Positions 12,925 to 24,800 of a DNA stretch of 64,000 bases are shown here, piece by piece; position 1 is the stretch's first letter; the number at the start of each line of letters is the position of its first letter. Origin of the DNA: Rhodospirillales bacterium (GTDB lineage: Bacteria > Pseudomonadota > Alphaproteobacteria > Bin95); NCBI GenBank assembly GCA_038143065.1, contig JAYQLI010000035.1, forward strand, positions 2,240,894 to 2,304,893. The letters run 5' to 3'. The position numbers and the translations under genes were made by a program. The notes below the pieces were generated by a model. That model was not told the DNA's origin. It did no database searches and worked only from the letters and a program-made list of their open reading frames with translations.

Positions 12925-15110
12925 TCATCGCGTGACCGCGTCGCGGTTTCCGATCCCTTGAGAGATGCCCAACCCTCCCAGATATTTAAAGTTCACTCTA
13001 ATAAAGACCGAGTCTACTTTTCCACCACCATCAGCGTTACTCGTATAGTCACGGGTAAATCCCAAATCTATTGAGATGCACTCATCTTGGTAGCCTAAAG
13101 CAGCGCTCCACAGCAGAGGCTCATTACCTTGCAGGTCGCGTTGATGACGAGCATTAAAACGCCAATAGTCATCCAGTTGCAGGCCAAATCCTAGCTGAAT
13201 TTGTTCAGCTGCATTGGCGATTTCTGGTCCTTGAATTTCGGTTTCTGTGTCGACGTATGAAATTGACCCTCTAAGCCATTCTGGTCCACCTCCCAGCGTC
13301 AATTCATTCCTTCTGATTCCTAATCCATCTTTTTTCAGTCGCGTCCGCCAGGATAAATCGAGAAAGTCTGAGGGTTGAGCATTGAGTGCTGTTACAATAT
13401 CTGAAGCGCGCTCAGGCATAGCAGCAGCTTCCGCAAAATCCCCAGGCTTGCGTGCCAGAGATTGACCTAAGAAAGAGGAAATCTTTCCACCGTTTGAAAA
13501 TAGCGCTGTAGCTGTCATGCCGTAGTCAACGCGTTGCCCATCGTCTAATCTGTCATAGCCAGGAAAACGGTCTATCTCATAAAAGTTACTCTCGTCGAAT
13601 TCTATCGCCCGAGCATTTTCATTTGGGATGTCGGGGTCTTGGTTTTGATCTAGAGCGATAACTGTTTGAACTCGGGGCTCAAGAATGAACCCGCCCCACT
13701 TGTTCCATTGGATAAGGGGATAGCGCCAGCTGCCTAACAAGCGGGGTGTGCCGCGGAGCGCTGTCGAGTCTCCAGATGCCCCAACTGCCTCTCCATCTTT
13801 CGTATTGTAGGCATCTCCACGAAGACTTGCTTCTATATCAAAGCGATGTCCGCCTGTAGTAGAAATTGGCATCCGCCATCCAGTAATGGCTGAAATGCTC
13901 TGTCCGTCTGCACCTTCCTCTCTACCCAGAATACGCGCTTGCGCTTCTAAAAAGCATTTCCAAATGAGCTTGGCTCTCCCTGCCATGAACCTTGAAACTC
14001 CGGAAGGACAAATGGTGTATCATTTTGAAGAGTGTTTTCTCTTAGGTCTTGAATGCCAAAGGCACCCACTCGTGCGTAACTTTCGCGCCAAAACCCTTCA
14101 AGCGCTACTGTATTTCTGAGGACGCGAGCATCATTGATCTTAAACGTTTCAAGATAGTTGTCGTCAGAAGCAAGCCCTCCCTTAAGTTGTAGGCGCCAAT
14201 TTTCATCAAGCGCAAACTCTCCGTTTAAAAAAGCGTGCCCTCGTAATGTATCATTTTCTTTAATGCCAGTATCTGAAGTTCGGCTGAGTTGTCCAAAACT
14301 TCCATCAATACTGATTTTACCAGTATTAAAAAGTTGACGGTACTCAGCAGCCATAACTGGTGCAGATTTGGACGTGAAAAATGGTTGTAATGTTAAATCC
14401 TTATTAGGACCGAGGTTCCAATAGTAAGGAATTTTTGCAATTGCATTAAATTCACCTCCCAATGACAGGGAGGGAGTCAGCCAGCCGCTTCGGTGGTCAA
14501 CTGTTGGGTCAGGGTGACGAAAGTATGGTAAGTAGGCTACTGGAACACCAAATATGTCCAGTGAGACGTCTTTATATTCGATGTCTTTTGTATTTTCGTC
14601 ATGCTGCACTTCCCGGGCACGAAGACGCCAAGTGGGGGCCCGGTTATTATCTTCCTCACAAGGTTTACATGGACTAAAAGCACCACGGGTCAGAAGTGTT
14701 TTTTCGCCCCGCCAGTAGTTCACTTCCTGGCCGACTAGCCGAGATCCGTCGTTAAGGAGGATGCCAAGATTAGTTGCCTTTGCCTGATTCATGTCGTTAG
14801 CAAGCTCTACGCTGTCTGCTTTAATCAGCTCGCCACTTGGTTCGACTAATAATACGTTGCCAAATGCCTCTATTCGACCTTCCGATTGTATAAACTCTAC
14901 ATGATCGGCGCGCAGTACTCTGGCACCTTTAGTGATGGTAACTCCGCCACTGGCAGACACGGACTCATTCGATTGATTGTACTCAATAGTATCGGCTTCG
15001 ATAATGGCTTGACCGTCTTCAAGTGATTTGGAAGCGGCGCTAGAGAATCAAGAAAGCGCCACTAATGGCGCCATAAATTTTAATAATAGATTCCATCTGA
15101 TTTGCCGCAT
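12925..15110 (-). CDS. lptD: LPS-assembly outer-membrane protein LptD; in-frame TGA at 15048-15050 and frameshift near 13960
   Basis: Signal peptide from ATG 15110, OstA-like IEAD..EY..VSASGGV, FSPCKPC, PVAYLPYF.HPDP...RSGWL, IPNE...EFDE.N....RFPGYDR, YQDEC. Confidence 0.88.
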
Positions 15111-15137
15111 TACCTTCACTGTATTCAATGCTAAGGC

Positions 15138-16917
15138 CTACCGGCCAACCGCATACCCTTGCATCAGACGGGGGTTTGCAGCAGCTTTGAGGAGTTCACC
15201 GTCTTTTGCACACGCACTTATACGACCTTGTGTCCACGGGCCGGCTGTCTCGGCAAGGTGTCCTCTCCTCTGAAGTTCTTCTAGCGTTCTGGTTGGATAC
15301 CGACCCTCTAAAACAAGCCTTCCTGGCTCTGCTTGCCGAGGGAAGAAGGAGGATGGGAAGTGATGGCTTTGAAATGTTGGTGCATCAATGGCTTCTTGAA
15401 GATTAAAACCATGAAGGATGTGACGTAGAAAAAAGATTAATGTCCATTGATCCTGACCATCGCCGCCTGGAGTACCAAATGGCATGTAAGGCTCGCCGTC
15501 TCGTAGAGCAAAAGAAGGAGAGAGTGTTGTTCTGGGGCGTTTTCCTGGGGCTAGTGAGCCTGGTAATCCTTCCTCCAACCAGAACATTTGAGCCCTTGTT
15601 CCCAGGCAAACGCCAAGCTTTGGTATGGCTGGAGAGGATTGTAGCCATCCGCCTGAGGGGGTGGCGGATACCATATTTCCATCTTTGTCTATAACATCGA
15701 TATGACAGGTGTCTCCGTCCACTGGGCCAGAAGTTTGGCCATCAATTTTATCCATTGTTGGTTCGCCTACACCAGGGCCAAAACTTCGTTCTGAACGACC
15801 TTCACCTATCCTGTTGCCAAATCCCTCGACCATCCCAGGCAGAAGTTGCAGAGAGGCAAGTTCTGGATCAATAAGTTTTCGTCTCTCAGCATTGTACTCC
15901 GATGAGAAGAGTCTTGATAGGCACATCAACAAAATTGGGATCCCCATAGAAGGCCTCCCGGTCGGCGTATGCCAGCTTTGCTGCTTCGGTAACGGTATGA
16001 ATGAAGTCAGCACCTAAGGGATCCATATCTTCAAGGCCCATACCATCCAAAAGAGCCAACTGTTGAAGGAAGACAGGTCCCTGAGACCATGCGCCGGGTT
16101 TTACCACCGTGTAAGGACCAAAATCTAGGCTTAAAGGTTCTTCAAAAGATGCGCTCCATCTGGCCAGATCGTCACCAGTGAGTAGACCTGAATGTCGTTC
16201 TCCAGAAACATCCATTGCTTCAGTTGTTTCGCAAAACCGATCAATTTCTTCAGCTATAAAACCAGTTTTGAGACAAGAGCGGGCCCCGTCAATTCGTGTT
16301 TCGCGATCTCCCTTGTCCCCTGCTGCAATCAAGCTTTGATAAAAATTAGCTTGAGCTAAATTTCGCCAGCGACGTCCTGGTCGTGGAGCGGCTCCATGAT
16401 CTAGCCAAATTGCAGCCGAGGTTATCCACTCATCTCTAAATAAGGCTACAACTGAATCAATCGTGCGCGTCATATGATCAACTACAGGATACCCTCCTCC
16501 AGCAAACTCAATTGCTGGTTGAAGTGCTTCCTCGAGACTAATTGTGCCATAGTCTCGAAGCATCAAAAGCCAAGCGTCTGTCGCGCCTGGCACACAGGGG
16601 GCTAAAAGACCAGAGCCAGGAATGACATCAAGCCCAAAGCTTTTCATTTTGGCTATCGTCGCTTTTGCTGGAGCAGGGCCCTGACCACAGACTATCCGGG
16701 CACGCCTTTCTTTTGCAGGATATATGATCGCTGGCATATCCCCCAAAGGACCATTTAGATGAGGCTCAACTACCTGTAATACAAAGCCGCCAACCACGGC
16801 GGCATCAAAAGCATTTCCACCTTTCTCAAGAACGGCCATTGCGTGTTGGCTGGCGAGCCAGTGAGTAGAGGCTACGACACCAAAAACCCCGTGTAGTTCA
16901 GGACGTGTTGTGAACAT
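15138..16917 (-). CDS. Gamma-glutamyltransferase family (Ntn hydrolase), no signal peptide; frameshift near 15900
   Basis: GGNAFDAAV, EPHLNG, KLAYADRE.FYGDP, GDTCHIDVID..GN.VSATPS (Thr nucleophile), PGKRPRTTLSP, FGTPGGD.QDQW. Confidence 0.9.
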
Positions 16918-17006
16918 CAGCTTATCTCGTTCCCAAGGCTTCAGCCTCTATCCTAGGTTGAAATTCTTAAGAGATGTCGTCTACTTATTATGTGGACCTT
17001 AGAGCT

Positions 17007-18202
17007 TCAGACTGCTTTTACAGCAAGTACAGCGTTCAAACCGCCGAATGCAAAGCTATTCGAGATAGCTGCAGAGATTGGACGTTCCCGGGCTGTATTC
17101 GGTACATAGTCTAAATCGCACTCAGGGTCGGCCTCGGTGAAATTGATGGTGGGTGGTACGATTCCAGAGCATATGGCCCCAATGGTAGCTATCAGTTCTA
17201 GCGATCCTGCAGCTCCCAACCCGTGGCCGTGCATGGCCTTAGTTGAAGATACTAGAACACTGTCTGCAGCTGGACCAAGTGCTGCTCGTATAGCTTTGCT
17301 TTCGGTTGGATCGTTTGCAGGAGTGCCCGTTCCATGCGCATTCACGTAATCAATATCAGAGGGGCTAGTTCGGCAACGTTAAGTGCTTGGCGTATCGCAC
17401 GCGCCGCGCCATCAATAGATGGCTGCACCATATCTAAAGCATCGGACGTCATACCAAAGCCTGCAAGCTCTGCATAAATCTTCGCCCCTCTTGCTTTGGC
17501 TCGGTCCATATCCTCTAGGAGCAAAATGCCCGCTCCCTCTCCTAGGATCATGCCTCGTCGATCTTTTGAAAAGGGACGGCATACATCTGGCGAAATCACT
17601 CGCAGCGCTTCCCAACCTTTTAAGCCCATAAAGGATATTGAAGCTTCAGCTCCTCCAGCTATTGCGACGTCGATTTCGCCGCGACGTATCATCCCAAAGG
17701 CTGTGCCAATTGAATGATTGGAAGATGAGCAGGCACTAGAGACAGCAAAGGCTGGGCCTGTGATACCATACTTTAGCCCGATAAGGCTTGGAGGGCCATT
17801 TGACATTAATTTTGGAATTGAGAAAGGGTTAACTTTTGCCTGACCTTTCCTCCAAACCCGGTCATAGCCTTCTTCGATGGTGAAGGCGCCACCAACACCC
17901 GTTCCAACTATAACAGCGGTGCGTTCACCTGAAACATCACCAGCATCAACCAATGCTTGACCGGCGGCAGCAAGAGCAAATTGGCTAAAGCGATCTGAGA
18001 TATTTAAGGTTTTTTTATCGATGTATTCTGCAGGATCCCAATCTTTAACTTCAGCAACGTTCTGGGCTGTCAACAATTCCCCGTCAGGAAGTGTTGTCTT
18101 AGCGACGCCAGATAAACCTTCACGAGTTCCCGAAAGAAATTTTTCAACGTCATGACCGAGCGACGATACGCAGCCCAGGCCCGTGATGGCTACACGGCGC
18201 AT
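17007..18202 (-). CDS. Beta-ketoacyl-ACP synthase, NodE-like; frameshift near 17365
   Basis: SSACSSSNH (catalytic Cys), LKGWEALRV.SPDVCRPFS, GEGAG, NAHGTGT, KAMHGHGLGA, SNSFAFGG. Confidence 0.9.
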
Positions 18203-18216
18203 TGAGGCATTCCAGT

Positions 18217-18462
18217 TCAGGCCTGGTCAGCGACTAAGCGCTGGATGGCGGAGGTTACTTCCCCCACGGTTTCTATATCTAAGCTCATATCTTCTTGTTC
18301 TATGGAAATACCAAATGCTTCTTCGATAGCAAACATGACTTGCACCATGTCGACCGAAGAAATGCCTACATCTTCCAACTTAGCATCATCAAGCAATGCT
18401 GACCGGTCTACAGCACATTCTTCAGCTAAGATATCTTTTACCCGGTTAACGACGTCGGTCAT
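18217..18462 (-). CDS. Acyl carrier protein, second and divergent (NodF-like context)
   Basis: Acidic 81 aa; LEDVGISSVDMVQVMFAIEEAFGISI...TVGEV; directly upstream of the KAS. Confidence 0.85.
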   Translation of the reverse strand: MTDVVNRVKDILAEECAVDRSALLDDAKLEDVGISSVDMVQVMFAIEEAFGISIEQEDMSLDIETVGEVTSAIQRLVADQA

Positions 18463-18830
18463 CGGCGTCAGACCCTTGCGGGCCACCCCAATTGATTAGG
18501 AACAGTTTCTCTCTTTTACGCGGGGTTGTATGCGCCCGTCCAGAGGTTTCATAATTGTTTAATTTAATGTTCTCTCTTGTTGTTCATTTTTTGTTAGAAA
18601 ATGCACCGCGAGATTGTGCCGGATTGGTTCAGAAAATTTAACTCGTTGGTCTTGATATATCAAAGGATCCCATAGCTTTCCCGGAGTACCTCAGGTTCTT
18701 ACAGGTTAAGAGGAAGCAATTCACTTGTGCATTCTGCCAAAAATCTATGTAAGACAAGATTTCTCCAGATTTATTGGAAAATTTCAAAAAATCTGAGAGA
18801 AGTATGCAGTCAAATTCGTTAGGATTTTGA

Positions 18831-19532
18831 ATGCCCCTCGCAACTTTGAACCTCAATGGCGAAATTCTGCAGTTAACCACCGAGGGTGCAGCATTTCGGC
18901 CTGCGTGTCGGACTTTGATAGTATCCGATCTACATTTTGAGAAGGGCTCAGCTATAGCTGCACACTCTCGGCGTTTAACCCCGCCATATGATACGATGGC
19001 TACGCTTGAAAGATTAAGAAGCGTTATGCGTCGCTTGCATCCCAAACGAGTGATTGCCCTTGGCGATAGTTTTCACGACACTAACGGCCCAAAACGCCTC
19101 TCTACTTCTGCCACGAATGCCATCCAGAGGCTTACACAGGCCGTTGATTGGATTTGGATAGAAGGTAATCATGACCCCGAGCCACCTCAGTCACTTGGTG
19201 GGCAAGGTGCTAGTGAATTAAAAATCGGAGCGCTTGTGCTCAGACATTTGCCCGCTTCTGGGCCATCGCCTGGCGAAATTGCTGGCCATTTGCACCCAAA
19301 AGCATCCATTTCAACAATTGCTAGGACTATTTCTGGCTTTTGTTTTGTGACTGATGGGAAACGCCTCCTGCTACCAGCCTTTGGAGCGTACACCGGAGGG
19401 CTCGATGTTCACGATCCTGAAATTGCCTCTCGCTTTCGAAGGGGAAGCAGAGTTTTTTTGGTAGGGCGAGAACGTCTTTATACTTTTCCTATGAGCGCAT
19501 TATCTTCTGGGCTAAGAAGATCCAAAGTCTAA
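18831..19532 (+). CDS. pdeM: Ligase-associated DNA damage response metallophosphoesterase/endonuclease
   Basis: VSDLHFEKG, PPYDT..TL, LGDSFHD, WIEGNHD, GHLHPK, LPAFGAYTGGLDV. Confidence 0.88.
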   Translation: MPLATLNLNGEILQLTTEGAAFRPACRTLIVSDLHFEKGSAIAAHSRRLTPPYDTMATLERLRSVMRRLHPKRVIALGDSFHDTNGPKRLSTSATNAIQRLTQAVDWIWIEGNHDPEPPQSLGGQGASELKIGALVLRHLPASGPSPGEIAGHLHPKASISTIARTISGFCFVTDGKRLLLPAFGAYTGGLDVHDPEIASRFRRGSRVFLVGRERLYTFPMSALSSGLRRSKV

Positions 19533-19614
19533 TTATGTTTGGTCTGTTTGCGGGGGCGTGCATGATCCGCTATGACCGCAGGGCGACAACGTTCATTTAT
19601 ATGGAGATCGATGC

Positions 19615-20052
19615 ATGGGCAGTTTCAAGATTGATGCAGATGCAGTGCGGCTTCTGGCAAACCTTATCAATGAGACTGGCCTCGGCGAGATCGAGTATGA
19701 AGAGGGAGACCGGCGTATCAGGGTAGCAATGCCGCAGTCTTCAGCCGCGCCAATAGTAGCAGCTCCGATTGCTTCTGCTGCTACCCCTGCGCAAATGCCT
19801 GATCGTGAAGAAAAACCGTCTGGTGCTGTAACTTCGCCAATGGTGGGAACGGTATACCTTCAGTCTGGTCCAGGTGAGCCTCCATTTATCAAGGTAGGGG
19901 ATAGAGTAAACGCCGGGGATGTTGTCATCATCATTGAGGCGATGAAAGTCATGAACCAGATTCCTGCTCCTCATGGCGGGATTGTTCGGTCTGTAGATGT
20001 TGCAGATGCGCAGGCCGTCGAGTTTGGCGAAGTTTTAATGGTGATAGAGTAG
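19615..20052 (+). CDS. accB: Acetyl-CoA carboxylase biotin carboxyl carrier protein
   Basis: SPMVGTVY, IIEAMKVMN biotinylation motif, Ala/Pro linker. Confidence 0.97.
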   Translation: MGSFKIDADAVRLLANLINETGLGEIEYEEGDRRIRVAMPQSSAAPIVAAPIASAATPAQMPDREEKPSGAVTSPMVGTVYLQSGPGEPPFIKVGDRVNAGDVVIIIEAMKVMNQIPAPHGGIVRSVDVADAQAVEFGEVLMVIE

Positions 20053-20063
20053 GCAGCAACTCC

Positions 20064-21404
20064 ATGATTAATAAAGTACTGATTGCCAACCGCGGGGATG
20101 TTGCTCTTCGCGTCATACGCGCCTGTCGAGAACTAGGCATCAGCACAGTTGCTATTCACTCAACAGCCGACACTGAAGCGATGCACGTCAGGCTTGCTGA
20201 CGAAAGTGTTTGTGTTGGACCGCCAGCGGCAAAGGATAGCTACCTGAACATTCCTGCAATTATTACGGCTGCGGATGTAACACAGGCTGATGCAATCCAC
20301 CCAGGCCTCGGGTTTCTTGCAGAAAATGCTCGTTTCGCACAAATAGTCGAAGCTCATGGTCGGATATTTATTGGTCCAACACCCCGTCAAATAGCTATGC
20401 TGGGCGACAAAATTGAAGCTAAAAAGGCTGCTTTAGAGGCAAATTTACCCATTGTTCCAGGTGGCATTGAACCAGTTTCTGGGCCTGACGCAGCTCTTGC
20501 TGCAGCAAATGAGGCGGGTTATCCAGTTTTGCTTAAAGCAGCCGCAGGCGGCGGAGGCCGTGGAATGCAACGTGTCGAGAGCCCTGATACTCTTCGGCGT
20601 GCCTTTGAGATCGCAACTTCCGAAGCCGAGGCTGCTTTTGGTGATGGGTCTGTTTATGTTGAGAAAGCTATTGAACAGCCTCGCCATATTGAAGTTCAAG
20701 TTTTAGGTGATGGAAAAGGCGCTGCAGTACATCTTGGCGAACGCGATTGCACCGTTCAAAGACGCTTTCAAAAGCTCATTGAGGAGGCTCCTTCTCCAGT
20801 ATTAACACCTGAACAGCGAGCTTACGTTGGTAAGCTTGGCGCTGATCTTGCAGCCTCAATTGACTATCGAGGTGCTGGGACAGTTGAATTTCTGTATGCT
20901 GACGGAAATTTCTATTTTATTGAAATGAACGCAAGGTTGCAGGTTGAGCACCCTGTTACAGAGTTAGTTAGCGGAGTAGATATCGTAGAGGCGCAACTCC
21001 GTATTGCCTCTGGCGGCGGCATTGGTTTCAAACAAGATGATATTTGCTTTAATGGCCATGCTATCGAGGCTCGCATAAATGCGGAGGATCCAGATACTTT
21101 TACTCCATCACCCGGTCGTATCACGCTATATCACCCGCCAGGTGGCCCTGGAGTTCGGGTAGATAGCCATATGTTTCAGGGCGCCACCGTTCCGCCATTC
21201 TACGACAGTTTAATCGCAAAATTAATAGTTCATGCTGATGATCGAGCTGGGGCAATAGCTCGCCTTGATAGAGCGCTGGGTGAGTATGCAATTGATGGGG
21301 TGAGCACAAACTTGCCGCTACAGCGCCGCATTTTGGCGTCTGAGGATTTTATTCAGAGTGAAATAGATGTGGTTTGGTTAGAGCGCTGGTTAAAAACTCA
21401 GTAG
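20064..21404 (+). CDS. accC: Acetyl-CoA carboxylase biotin carboxylase
   Basis: KVLIANRG, KAAAGGGGRGM, RHIEVQ, ERDCTVQRR.QK, FIEMNARLQVEHPVTE, YDSLIAKLI. Confidence 0.97.
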   Translation: MINKVLIANRGDVALRVIRACRELGISTVAIHSTADTEAMHVRLADESVCVGPPAAKDSYLNIPAIITAADVTQADAIHPGLGFLAENARFAQIVEAHGRIFIGPTPRQIAMLGDKIEAKKAALEANLPIVPGGIEPVSGPDAALAAANEAGYPVLLKAAAGGGGRGMQRVESPDTLRRAFEIATSEAEAAFGDGSVYVEKAIEQPRHIEVQVLGDGKGAAVHLGERDCTVQRRFQKLIEEAPSPVLTPEQRAYVGKLGADLAASIDYRGAGTVEFLYADGNFYFIEMNARLQVEHPVTELVSGVDIVEAQLRIASGGGIGFKQDDICFNGHAIEARINAEDPDTFTPSPGRITLYHPPGGPGVRVDSHMFQGATVPPFYDSLIAKLIVHADDRAGAIARLDRALGEYAIDGVSTNLPLQRRILASEDFIQSEIDVVWLERWLKTQ

Positions 21405-21493
21405 CCAGCGCTCTACTTTTTATTTTCATCTCATTGAACGAGCTAATTTTATTTTTGGCTCGAAGGCTTTTCTATTAAAGAGTTTGACCAAGG

Positions 21494-21814
21494 TTACAGA
21501 TTTTCTTCTATCCAAGCCTTCAGTGCAGGCTTTGGTGCAGCACCAACTTTAGTTGCAGCGAGTTGACCACCCTTAAAAATCATTAATGTGGGGATGCCGC
21601 GAATTCCATGAGAGCTTGGGGTGGAAGGGTTTTCATCAATATTTAACTTTACCACATCTACTTGACCGGTAAGCTCTTCAGAAATTTCTTCCAATGCGGG
21701 CCCAATTGCTTTGCAAGGACCACACCACTCAGCCCAAAAGTCTACTACAACGGGTTTTTCAGCCTTTATTACATCAGCTTCAAAAGCTGCGTCGGTTGTG
21801 GCGCGGGTAGCCAT
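21494..21814 (-). CDS. trxA: Thioredoxin
   Basis: VDFWAEWCGPCK, IRGIPTL; canonical position after addA. Confidence 0.97.
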   Translation of the reverse strand: MATRATTDAAFEADVIKAEKPVVVDFWAEWCGPCKAIGPALEEISEELTGQVDVVKLNIDENPSTPSSHGIRGIPTLMIFKGGQLAATKVGAAPKPALKAWIEENL

Positions 21815-21876
21815 GACGAATCTCCAATCTAAATCTCAATAACAAGTCTTTTAGCTATGCTTATGGGCTGTATCCG

Positions 21877-24800
21877 TCAATCCACAGCAGTATTTTGAGG
21901 TGTAAAAGCGTCAAGCTGATTGTCTTTTAGAACATCAAGCCTTGGAGCCTCGGTCCAAAGAATTCCAGTAAGAATTTCTTTCCCTGAGAAAGCTTGCTTT
22001 GCAAGCTCTCGGTAAATTGCCATTTGCTTTAAATATTCTTTGGGGGTTGTTTCAGGATCAAGGGGAGGCGGGCGATTGGTTTTGAAGTCGACGATTTGTA
22101 CTAATTCTTCTGTTACAATCAGGCGATCTATCACGCCTGCAAAGCGCTTACCATTAATAAATCCTGCGATGGGAGTTTCTGCCAGAGCATCCGCATGGAA
22201 AACAGCTCCAAAAGTTGGATCCTCGATAATCGATAGAACACGACTCAGTATAGTATTCGCTTCGTCATCGTTAAAACGGCCAGAGCGTTGTAGGAATAAT
22301 TTTCCTGCAGGTTCGCGCTGTGAGAGTGTCAAATTAGGTAGTCGCTCGAGTAGCTTATGTATCAATAGGCCGCGGCCAAATCGAGAATTCTGGCTGGAGC
22401 TTCTATCTTGGGTTGCTAGAGGTGAAATACCTGCCCTCGTTTCCTCTTGCTCGTCGACAATGTGGCCTGAAGGTGCGTAAATTATATCTGGATTTATTGC
22501 TGTAATTGGCGTTACGGCCCAGTTTGGTAGAGGCAATTGAGTTATTGCTTCTGTCTTTTTTTCAGGTGCATCGATCTCTAATTTTTCTTCTTCACCCTCT
22601 CGATAAATAAGAATTGGTTCATCACTATAGTCCACCCTCCGTTTTTCGAGCTCGTTGAAGTTAGTGGTCATCCCAGTCTTCACAAGCTCATGCCAAGTTT
22701 CTGTTGGTGCTGATCTTCTGTTATTCCACCCCATGACGTACAGACGATCTTCAGCACGTGTCATCGCAACATATAAAAGCCGGCGACGTTCCTCCGCTTG
22801 AAGATTAGCTTCTTCGTCTACTAAGGCTTGGATGATAGATGGATTTTTCTTGGCAGACGTTGCACCAAGAATAGGAACGGCTAGTCCCTGGTTTCTCGTC
22901 CAATAAAGACGAACTCTGTCCTGAGCAGGTGCCCTAATAGCGTCTGGTAAAAAAACTATTGGTGCCTGCAAGCCTTTCGCTGCGTGTGCTGTCATGATGC
23001 GGACGCTATTACCTATTCCTTCCAACTCACGCTTGATCTCTGTTGCGTCTCTCTCGATCCAAGCAATGAAGCCTGTCAGGTCTGGTCCAATTTCCTCACC
23101 ATATTGGATGGCCAAACTAAGAAATTCTTGAATTGGGTCGATGACACCATCGCCCATCGCTGCAATGAGGCGAGCGCGGCCATTCATTGGTCCAAGCACC
23201 CAGGGAAAGAAATCAAACGGAGAGTTGGTATCTGCGCGGGCGAGGGCATTCGCAACAAAAGACCAAGCCTTTGAAGCCAGGGTTTCCCCTTTAGAAGCTT
23301 CTCGCTTTAATTGTTGCCATAGCGATAGGTGCCCTCGGTTATGCGCTAGCCGAAAGAGGTCCTCCTCAGTAAATCCAACCAATGGCGATTTAAGAATGCA
23401 GGCGAGGGCTAGGTCATCTTCAGGAAGCAAAGCGACACGAGCTACGTTTAGAATGTCTTGAACGACTAGCTGATCCGCTAGTCGCATTCTGTCTAGGCCT
23501 GATGTAGCTACGCCGAGCTCTTTTAATGCCTTAGTAATAGCATCGCCAAATGGCCGCCGCTGCTGCAAAACGATCATTATATCACTAGCTTTTATCCTTG
23601 TTTTCTGACCCCTTTGCTCCTGTCCAGGACGTTCCGGGAGATGTGTGTTTGGATCGTCAATCAGGCGTTTGATTTCACCCGCAACAACGGCAGCTAATTG
23701 CGTTACAGGGGAAGAAACCACCTCGGGGTAGGATTTGAGAGGTATCCAGGGATCCGTTGTTTCGACTTCTAAGCTCGGAATTGGAGGCCACAATTCCACC
23801 TGGCCAGGCAGCGCACCTCGTGCAGCGAAATGTTGGATAGATGAATTGTCGAGGGTGATAAGAGATGATGTATGTCCTGAAAAAGCAGCATCAACCACCC
23901 GGAGCACGGCAGGTACAGAGCGGAAAGACACTGGCATTGGTTTGGATTCGAAGTTTCGACCTGATTCTTTTGCCATAGCTTCATAGTGTTCGCGGACTTC
24001 ACCAAAAGCTCTTGGATCGGCCCGCTGGAAGCTAAAAATAGACTGCTTGGGGTCGCCCACAGCAAAAAACGTTCTTTCGGGGTTTGTGTCGGCCTGAAAA
24101 AATTCATCAGCAAGTGCACGGACTACTTGCCACTGCTCTGGATTGGTGTCCTGGGCTTCGTCGACGAGAATGTGATCAATGCCTTGATCTAGCTTCAATG
24201 CTGCCCACTGGGCTCCACCATTTTTTTGCAATAAATCACGGGTGGACAGTATTAAGTCGTCAAAATCCAAAGCAGACCTAGCTAGTTTCATCAAATCGTA
24301 GCGATCTGCGACTGCGCCTGAGACACGAAGTGCTGCAACAGTTTCTAGTGCGCGCTCGGCTAACCTCATACGCTCACGAGCATTGAAAAAAAATTCGGAA
24401 GCTTCGCTATAAACATCTGCAAACCAAGGGTGCGCTGAGATAACATTTTTGGAGGCAGGTTTTGATCTTGGAGATTCTTCCCCAGCACCCGTAAAGAAAG
24501 CAGAGAAAATCAATTTTGTTGCTTCGCTGCGCTCTTCTATTGGCAGCGTTAACCATTCATTTATCTCTGAACCTCTTGCTTCATCCGTTTTTCCTCCGCC
24601 GGCCAAGGCGCTACCTATTCGATGAAGGTTTCTCTCTAATTGAGGCGGTATCGAACCGAGCGAAGCAGAGGCCACTGCTTCGGCTTCTTCTGCAAAACCA
24701 AAGAAGGATAGGCTGGCCTTAGAAGCGTTGTCCCAACCTCCTAGTTCTTCAATTCGTGCCCTCTCTGATAGGAAGGCTTGCAACAGATTATCTAGGGTCT

